32,000 nucleotides of DNA from Cupriavidus necator (GTDB lineage Bacteria; Pseudomonadota; Gammaproteobacteria; Burkholderiales; Burkholderiaceae). The stretch covers positions 2,730,001 to 2,762,000 of the forward strand of contig NZ_CP066018.1 of assembly GCF_016127575.1 (NCBI RefSeq), given 5' to 3'. The position numbers were made by a program, and so were the translations under genes. Below the pieces are notes generated by a model. The model saw nothing but the letters and a program-made list of their open reading frames with translations. It had not been told where the DNA came from and did not search any database. Below are positions 26,064-32,000 of the stretch, piece by piece. How positions within the stretch are numbered: the first letter of the stretch is position 1; each line of letters begins with the position of its first letter.

Positions 26064-26093
26064 ACTATGGCATGTATACGACTGCACTGTCAA
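26064..26093 (-). promoter_or_regulatory. Candidate sigma70 promoter for rpsU
   Basis: Read on the minus strand: TTGACA (26093-26088), 18-bp spacer, CATAGT (26069-26064), inside a locally AT-richer patch. It predicts a leader of about 220 nt. Confidence 0.35.
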
Positions 26094-26225
26094 GAATGTA
26101 GTGCAATGCGCGCGCGGGCGTAGCGATCGGAAATCGCCGCTAGTCTACCTTGGCGCACTTTACGCCGGCGCCTGCGTGGCACAATCTGGCTGCGCTCCCG
26201 CCGCTGCGAGGCAAGCGCGACCACC

Positions 26226-29075
26226 ATGCCTGAGCCGCGCCAACCCGACGATCCCCGCCCCGACCCCGACCACCTGCTGCAGCGCATGCAGGCCGCCGGC
26301 GAACGCGCCGCGCGCGGGTGCCTGCGCATCTATTTCGGCGCTTCGGCCGGCGTCGGCAAGACCTTCGCCATGCTGGCCGCGGCGCGCGCGCAGCGCGAGC
26401 AGGGCGGCGACGTGGTGGTGGGCGTGGTCGAAACCCATGGCCGCGCCGAAACCGAGGCGCTGGCCGAAGGCATCGAGCGCGTGCCATTGCGCCGCGTCGA
26501 CTACCGCGGCCGCACGCTGCAGGAATTCGATCTCGATGCGGCCCTGGCACGCCGGCCTGCGCTGATCCTGGTGGATGAGCTGGCGCACAGCAACGCGCCC
26601 GGCAGCCGCCACCCCAAGCGCTGGCAGGACATCGCCGAACTGCTGTCGGCCGGCATCGATGTCTGGACCACGGTCAACGTCCAGCACCTGGACAGCCTGA
26701 ACCAGGCGGTGGCCGGCATCACCGGCATCCGCGTGCGCGAGACCGTGCCCGACACGGTCTTCGACGATGCCGGCGAGGTGGTGCTGGTCGACCTGCCCGC
26801 CGACGAGCTGCTGCGCCGCCTGCGCGAAGGGCGCGTGTACGTGCCCGAGCAGGCCCGCCATGCCGTGCAGCATTTCTTCCGCAAGGGCAACCTGATTGCG
26901 CTGCGCGAGCTGGCGCTGCGCCGCACTGCCGACCGCGTCGACGACGACGTGCGCGCCTACCGGCAGGAAGCCTCGATCGAACCGGTCTGGCGCACGCGTG
27001 AAGCGGTGCTGGCCTGTGTCGGCCACGGCAGCGATGCTGCGCAGGTGGTGCGCAGCGCGCGCCGGCTGGCCGGGCAGCTCGATTGCGACTGCCATGTGGT
27101 GACGGTGTCGGTGCCGCGCCTGGCACCCGTGCCCGACGCCCAGCGCGAGCAGCTCGACCAGGCCATGCGGTTGGCCGAGGCGCTGGGCGCGCGTACCGAA
27201 ACGCTGGCCGGCAGCGACATGGTGGCGGCGGTGGCCGGCTATGTGCGGCGGCACAATCTGACCAAGGTCTTGATCGGCCGCACGCCGGCGCGCTGGGCCG
27301 ATGGCGGGGCTTCATTGTCCGGCCGCATGCACGCGCTGCTGGCGCGCGCGCTGGCGCCATGGCTGGGCGCGCGCGCGTGGCTGTTCGGGCGCACCAGTTT
27401 TGCCGATGCGCTGGCTGCGGCGTGTCCCGAGATCGACGTGATCCGCGTGGCGGACGACAGCGTCCGACAGGAGACCCCCGCTGATGCGCCCGTGCTGCCC
27501 GGCACCGAGCCGCCGCAGGCAGACGCCCGGCCTGCGCAGTGGCCGGGCCTGCTGTGGGCGGTGGCCTGGTGCGCCGGCGCCACCGCGCTGTCGGCGCTGG
27601 CGCGGCCATGGTTCGACCTGGTCAATATCGCCATGCTGTTCCTGCTGGCGGTGGCCGGCGTGGCGCTGCGCCACGGACGTACCGCGGGGGCGTTCGCCGC
27701 GCTGGTGGCGGTGGGGGCGTTTGATTTCTTCTTCGTGCCGCCGCAGCTGTCGTTTGCGGTCACCGACGTGCAATACCTGGTGACCTTCCTGGTGATGCTG
27801 GCAGTCGGGCTGGTGATTGGACAGCTGACGGCCGGACTGCGCGAGCAGGCCCAGGTATCGGTGCAGCGCGAGACCGATGCGCGCACGCTGTACGAGCTGG
27901 CGCGCGAGCTGTCGGCGGCGCTGACCGACGCGCAGATCGTCGGTATCGGCAGCCGCTTCCTGCGCGCGGCGTTCGATGCGCGTGCCGCGTTTTTCCTGGT
28001 CGGCGCGGACGGCCGGCTGCTGCCCGCGGCCACGGCTCCCGAGGCCGGCGGCGCGGCACAGAGCGATGCCGTCGACCACGTGCTGGCGCAATGGGTCTTC
28101 AACCACGGCCAGCCGGCCGGCACCGGCACCGACACGCTGCCTTCCGGCACGGTGCTGTACCTGCCGCTGAAGGCGCCGATGCAGGTGCGCGGCGTGCTGG
28201 CAGTGGAGCCGCGCACCTGGCGCGCATTTGCTCAGCCCGCGCTGCGGCGCCAGGTCGATGTCTTTGCCACGCTGATCGCGATTGCGATCGAGCGGCTGCA
28301 CTATGTCGAGGTGGCGCAGCAGGCGCTGCTGGCGATGGAGTCCGAGCGCCTGCGCAGCTCGCTGCTGGCGGCGGTGTCTCACGACCTGCGCACGCCGCTG
28401 ACCAGCCTGATCGGCATGGCCGAGACCCTGCAGCGCGGCACGACGCCGCTGGCGCCGGAGGTGGCCGAGACCGTCGGCGCCATGCGCGACCAGGCGCGCC
28501 GCATGCACGCGATGGTGGCCAACCTGCTCGACATGGCGCGGCTGCAAAGCCGCAGTGTGGCGCTGCGCAAGGAATGGCAGTCGTTCGAAGAACTGGCCGG
28601 CGCGGCGCTGGCGTCGCTGCGCGATGCGCTGGCGCGGCACCGCGTGGTGGTGGCCGACCTGTCGGCACTGCCGCTGGTGGAATGCGATGGCGTGCTGATG
28701 GAGCGCGTGCTGTGCAACCTGCTGGAGAATGCGGCCAAGTACACCGCGCCGGGTACCGAGATCCGCGTGCGCGGCGAGCTCTCCGACGACGCCGTGCACC
28801 TCGTCGTCGAGGACGACGGCCCCGGCGTGCCGGCGGCGATGGCGCGGCAGGTGTTCGAGAAATTCACCCGCGGCGAGCGCGAGTCCGCCACCACCGGGGT
28901 GGGCCTGGGGCTGGCCGTGTGCGAGGCCATCGTGCAGGCGCACGGCGGCAGCATCCGCGTCGAGCCGGTGCATGCTCGGGCGCAGGGCGAAGGCACCGGC
29001 GCGCGCTTCGTGGTCACGCTGCCGCGCGGCAACCCTCCAGTGCTGGAACTGGAAGCGGCCGGCTTGCCGGCCTGA
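26226..29075 (+). CDS. kdpD: Two-component sensor histidine kinase KdpD
   Basis: 949-aa ORF.
- The N-terminus aligns with E. coli KdpD (RPDPDHLL..., P-loop FGASAGVGKT).
- Usp-like region.
- Four TM helices (WPGLLWAVAWCAG...LAVGLVIGQL).
- GAF-like region.
- H-box (AAVSHDLRTPLTSL).
- HATPase N and G boxes (NLLENAAKY, DDGPGVP, GVGLGLAVC). Confidence 0.93.
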   Translation: MPEPRQPDDPRPDPDHLLQRMQAAGERAARGCLRIYFGASAGVGKTFAMLAAARAQREQGGDVVVGVVETHGRAETEALAEGIERVPLRRVDYRGRTLQEFDLDAALARRPALILVDELAHSNAPGSRHPKRWQDIAELLSAGIDVWTTVNVQHLDSLNQAVAGITGIRVRETVPDTVFDDAGEVVLVDLPADELLRRLREGRVYVPEQARHAVQHFFRKGNLIALRELALRRTADRVDDDVRAYRQEASIEPVWRTREAVLACVGHGSDAAQVVRSARRLAGQLDCDCHVVTVSVPRLAPVPDAQREQLDQAMRLAEALGARTETLAGSDMVAAVAGYVRRHNLTKVLIGRTPARWADGGASLSGRMHALLARALAPWLGARAWLFGRTSFADALAAACPEIDVIRVADDSVRQETPADAPVLPGTEPPQADARPAQWPGLLWAVAWCAGATALSALARPWFDLVNIAMLFLLAVAGVALRHGRTAGAFAALVAVGAFDFFFVPPQLSFAVTDVQYLVTFLVMLAVGLVIGQLTAGLREQAQVSVQRETDARTLYELARELSAALTDAQIVGIGSRFLRAAFDARAAFFLVGADGRLLPAATAPEAGGAAQSDAVDHVLAQWVFNHGQPAGTGTDTLPSGTVLYLPLKAPMQVRGVLAVEPRTWRAFAQPALRRQVDVFATLIAIAIERLHYVEVAQQALLAMESERLRSSLLAAVSHDLRTPLTSLIGMAETLQRGTTPLAPEVAETVGAMRDQARRMHAMVANLLDMARLQSRSVALRKEWQSFEELAGAALASLRDALARHRVVVADLSALPLVECDGVLMERVLCNLLENAAKYTAPGTEIRVRGELSDDAVHLVVEDDGPGVPAAMARQVFEKFTRGERESATTGVGLGLAVCEAIVQAHGGSIRVEPVHARAQGEGTGARFVVTLPRGNPPVLELEAAGLPA

Positions 29076-29106
29076 ACCCGACAACCTTTCAAGGATCTGA
29101 CGCGTT

Positions 29107-29802
29107 ATGCCATTCGAGTTTTCGCCCACGGTGCTGCTGGTGGAAGACGAGCCCCATATCCGCCGCTTCGTGCGCGCGGCGCTGCAGGACGAGGGCTGCA
29201 CCGTGCACGAGGCCGAATCGCTGCAGCGCGGACTGATCGAGGCCGGCACGCGCCAGCCGGACCTGGTGATCCTGGACCTGGGGCTGCCCGATGGCGACGG
29301 CGTATCGATGATCGGCGACCTGCGCACCTGGACCGAAGTGCCGGTGCTGGTGCTGTCGGCGCGCACCGGCGAGGCCGAGAAGATCCGCGCGCTCGACGCC
29401 GGCGCCGACGACTACCTGACCAAGCCCTTCGGCGTGGGCGAGCTGGTGGCGCGCCTGCGCGTGCTGCAGCGCCGCCATGTGCGTGCCGGCGCGCAGGGGC
29501 GGGCGCAGGTGGCGTTCGGCGAGATCGCCGTGGACCTGGCCAACCGCCAGGTCACGCGCGCGGGGGAGCCGGTGCACCTGACGCCGATCGAGTTCCGGCT
29601 GCTGGCGGTGCTGCTGGCGCATCGCGGCAAGGTCATGACCCACCGCGAACTGCTGCGCGAGGTGTGGGGGCCGTCGCATGCCGACAGCAGCCAGTACCTG
29701 CGCGTCTACATGGGGCACCTGCGGCACAAGCTGGAAGCCGACCCGGCCCGGCCTGCCTACCTGCTGACCGAGATCGGCGTGGGCTACCGCTTCGCCGGCT
29801 GA
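29107..29802 (+). CDS. kdpE: Two-component response regulator KdpE (OmpR family)
   Basis: 231-aa ORF with a receiver domain (LLVEDEP...DLVILDLGLPDGDG) and a winged-helix output domain (LTPIEFRLLAVL...YLRVYMGHLRHKLE...GVGYRF). It lies 31 nt after kdpD. Confidence 0.93.
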   Translation: MPFEFSPTVLLVEDEPHIRRFVRAALQDEGCTVHEAESLQRGLIEAGTRQPDLVILDLGLPDGDGVSMIGDLRTWTEVPVLVLSARTGEAEKIRALDAGADDYLTKPFGVGELVARLRVLQRRHVRAGAQGRAQVAFGEIAVDLANRQVTRAGEPVHLTPIEFRLLAVLLAHRGKVMTHRELLREVWGPSHADSSQYLRVYMGHLRHKLEADPARPAYLLTEIGVGYRFAG

Positions 29803-29905
29803 GCGCCGGGTCACTCCCACAACACTTTCTTGCCGATCACGCGCCGCGTGAGGCTGGCGCTCGCCCCTTGCACTCCCGGTAAACCCGCAGCGATGTCGAA
29901 ATTGT

Positions 29906-29933
29906 TTGACGGATAAATTCAAGGTAATAAACT
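29906..29933 (+). promoter_or_regulatory. Candidate sigma70 promoter for the cupin / Bug / acyl-CoA dehydrogenase genes
   Basis: TTGACG (29906-29911), 16-bp spacer, TAAACT (29928-29933), in an AT-rich island. The -10 overlaps the inverted repeat AATAA-N4-TTATT (29926-29939). Confidence 0.3.
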
Positions 29934-29969
29934 GTTATTCATAGATATGAATTAAGGCAGGAGCACCGC

Positions 29970-30359
29970 ATGCAGGACCAACCCGTCTATTTCATCTCGA
30001 CCGACGAGGTCGAGGGCTACCACCCCGCCAACCATGTCGGCACCCTCAATCGCCGGCTGATCGGCCCAGAGACCGTCGGATCGCGGCATCTGGAAGTGAT
30101 CCACGGCACCATCGAGAAGGGCAAGGGCGCGCTGCCGCACGCGCATCCCGGCATCGAGCAGGTCTGCTACGTGCTGGAAGGCCGCGCCGTGGCCGAGGTC
30201 GGCGGCCAGCGAAAGGAACTGGGCCCTGGCGACTGCTGCTTCTTCCCGCCGGACCAGATGCATGTGTTCACCGTGGTCAGCGACGAGCCGGCCAAGATTC
30301 TGGTCATCTATTCCCCGCCATATGAGGAATCCCCCGAGCGCGTGATACGGCCCGCATAA
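29970..30359 (+). CDS. Cupin domain-containing protein
   Basis: 129-aa ORF with AGGAG 6 nt upstream. Both cupin motifs are present (GALPHAHPGIEQVCYVLEG, and GPGDCCFFPPDQMHVF). GC3 is genome-typical. Confidence 0.85.
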   Translation: MQDQPVYFISTDEVEGYHPANHVGTLNRRLIGPETVGSRHLEVIHGTIEKGKGALPHAHPGIEQVCYVLEGRAVAEVGGQRKELGPGDCCFFPPDQMHVFTVVSDEPAKILVIYSPPYEESPERVIRPA

Positions 30360-30409
30360 GACGCGGCTGGTCACGGCAAGGGATTGAACAACTACAGGAG
30401 ACAACTACC

Positions 30410-31387
30410 GTGAAGTCCTTCAGCAATGCCTTTGCCAGCCTGGTGCTCGGGTGCACCGCGGCGCTGGCCGCCACCCCGGCGCTGTCGGCCGATGAATTCC
30501 CGTCCAGGCCGCTGCGCCTGGTGGTGCCGTTCGCTGCCGGCAGCGGCACCGATGCCGTGGCCCGCCTGACTGCCAAATACCTGGGCGAGGCGCTGCAGCA
30601 GCCGGTGGTGGTGGACAACAAGCCCGGCGCCAACGGCACCATTGCCGCCGAGTTCGTGGCCAAGGCCCCGGCCGATGGCTACACGCTGTTCATGACCACC
30701 AACACCACGCATTCGGCCAACCCGTCGCTGATGAAGCAGCTGCGCTATGACCCGGTCAAGGATTTCACGCCGGTCTCGCGCATGGGCAACCTGCCGTTCA
30801 TGCTGGTGGTCAACCCGGCGCTGCCGGTGAAGACGCTGCGCGAGTTCATCGACTATGCCAGGGCGCATCCGGGCCTGAGCTATGCCAGCGGCAACAGCAC
30901 CGGCATCGTCTCGGGCGCCACGCTGTCGAAGATGGCCGGGCTGAACATGCTGCACGTGCCATACAAGAGCACGCCGCCGGCGATGACCGATGTGATGGGT
31001 GGCCAGGTGCAGGCGATGTTCGTCGACTTTGCCGCAGGCATCGCCAACGTGCGCGCCGGCAAGCTGCGCGCGCTGGCGGTGACCACCGCGCAGCGCAGCG
31101 AGCTGCTGCCCGACCTGCCGCCGCTGGCGAGCGTGCCGGAGCTGAAGGGTTTCGACGTGACCTCATGGAACGGCGTGTTCGCGCCGGCCGGGGTGCCGGC
31201 GCCGGTGGTGCAGCGGCTCAATCGTGAACTGGTTGCCATCGCCACCAGCAAGCAGCATGCGCCGCGGTTCCACGCGCTGGGCTTCGAGCCGTTCGGCAGC
31301 ACGCCGGCCGAGCTCAGCCAGTTTGTCGTGGCCGAGCTGCAGAAGTGGTCGCGGCTGGTGAAAGACGCTGGCATCCAGCCGGAATAG
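30410..31387 (+). CDS. Bug-family (TctC-like) tripartite tricarboxylate transporter substrate-binding protein
   Basis: 325-aa ORF with a GTG start and CAGGAG 9 nt upstream. Signal peptide ending ALSA-DE. Typical Bug sequence (RPLRLVVPFAAGSGTDAVAR, VVDNKPGANG, YASGNSTG, HVPYKS). Confidence 0.88.
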   Translation: MKSFSNAFASLVLGCTAALAATPALSADEFPSRPLRLVVPFAAGSGTDAVARLTAKYLGEALQQPVVVDNKPGANGTIAAEFVAKAPADGYTLFMTTNTTHSANPSLMKQLRYDPVKDFTPVSRMGNLPFMLVVNPALPVKTLREFIDYARAHPGLSYASGNSTGIVSGATLSKMAGLNMLHVPYKSTPPAMTDVMGGQVQAMFVDFAAGIANVRAGKLRALAVTTAQRSELLPDLPPLASVPELKGFDVTSWNGVFAPAGVPAPVVQRLNRELVAIATSKQHAPRFHALGFEPFGSTPAELSQFVVAELQKWSRLVKDAGIQPE

Positions 31388-31446
31388 GCGCTCTTCGGGC
31401 AACCATCAGACAACCAACAAGACAACGACATCAGGCAGGTAACGCT

Positions 31447-32000
31447 ATGAATTTCGACCTCTCCGAAGAACAGGCATCCATCGTCGAGGCCGTGCAGCAG
31501 GTCTGCACGCAGTTCGACATGGAGTACTGGGATCGCCTGGACAAGTCCGGCACCTATCCGCACGAGTTCTACAAGACGCTGTGCGAAGGCGGCTGGCTGG
31601 GCGTGGCGATGCCCGAGGCCTTCGGTGGCGCGGGCCTGGGCATCCTGGAAGCGGCGCTGGTGATGCAGACCATCTCGCAGTCGGGCGCTGGCATGACCGG
31701 CGCCTCGGCAGTGCATATGAATGTGTTCGGCCTGAACCCGGTGGTGGTGTTCGGCACCGACGAACAGAAGGGCCGCTTTCTGCCGCCGCTGATCGCCGGC
31801 CAGGAGAAGGCCTGCTTCGGCGTGACCGAGCCCGACGCGGGCCTGGACACCACCAAGCTCAAGACCTTTGCGCGCAAGGTGCCGGGCGGCTATTCGGTGA
31901 GCGGGCGCAAGATCTGGATCTCGACAGCGCAGGTGGCCGACCGCATGCTGCTGCTGGCGCGCACCACGCCGCTGGAGTCGGTGAAGAAGTCGACCGAAGG
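31447..32000 (+). CDS. Acyl-CoA dehydrogenase family protein, N-terminal part (3' end lies outside the window)
   Basis: The frame is open from ATG 31447 to the window end. My translation is MNFDLSEEQASIVEAVQQVCTQF...GWLGVAMPEAFGGAGLGILEAALVMQTISQSGAG...FGTDEQKGRFLPPLIAGQEKACFGVTEPDAGLDTTKLKTFARKV...GRKIWISTAQVADRMLLLART, a typical ACAD N-terminal and middle domain. Confidence 0.85.
   Translation, partial: MNFDLSEEQASIVEAVQQVCTQFDMEYWDRLDKSGTYPHEFYKTLCEGGWLGVAMPEAFGGAGLGILEAALVMQTISQSGAGMTGASAVHMNVFGLNPVVVFGTDEQKGRFLPPLIAGQEKACFGVTEPDAGLDTTKLKTFARKVPGGYSVSGRKIWISTAQVADRMLLLARTTPLESVKKSTE

Noticed and set aside
26177-26193. A sigma54-like TGGCAC...GGCTGC element upstream of kdpD.
   Set aside because: The GG-to-GC spacing is 9 or 12 nt, not the required 10, and there is no TTGC at -12. 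It reads better as a weak extended -10 (TGgCACAAT), and I do not consider that strong enough to annotate either.

Overview
The window is a high-GC (roughly two-thirds G+C) betaproteobacterial core-chromosome segment. Protein sequences and gene order look Burkholderiaceae-like (Cupriavidus/Ralstonia type); that assignment is inference only.

Almost the whole window is tightly packed housekeeping genes.
- Plus strand, 1-22975: livH(partial)-livM-livG-livF, leuC-leuD-leuB, asd, fimV, truA-trpF-trpB-[DNA methyltransferase]-trpA, accD-folC-dedD-like-cvpA-purF, metZ.
- 22980-32000: a small lipoprotein ORF (-), sugE/gdx (+), a nodJ/nodI-like ABC-2 exporter (-), a monocistronic rpsU (-), kdpD-kdpE (+), and the start of a cupin / Bug-family binding protein / acyl-CoA dehydrogenase cluster (+, runs off the window).

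I saw no rRNA, tRNA, CRISPR array, IS or transposase, integrase or phage genes. Nothing looks like a large novel multi-gene system; this is an ordinary conserved region.

The observations worth a second look are small-scale and regulatory:
1. An orphan beta-class DNA methyltransferase translationally coupled inside trpB-trpA.
2. A self-contained promoter-to-terminator RNA unit of about 200 nt directly upstream of metZ (riboswitch/attenuator or sRNA candidate).
3. A Thr/Ile/Lys-rich mini-ORF plus structured leader upstream of asd.
4. A long rpsU leader with an anti-SD-like loop complementary to its own SD, and a TTG start.
5. kdpDE without an adjacent kdpFABC.
6. A sharp codon-usage shift in the 3' third of trpF.

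All promoter, terminator and RNA calls come from reading the sequence by eye and need computational or experimental confirmation.
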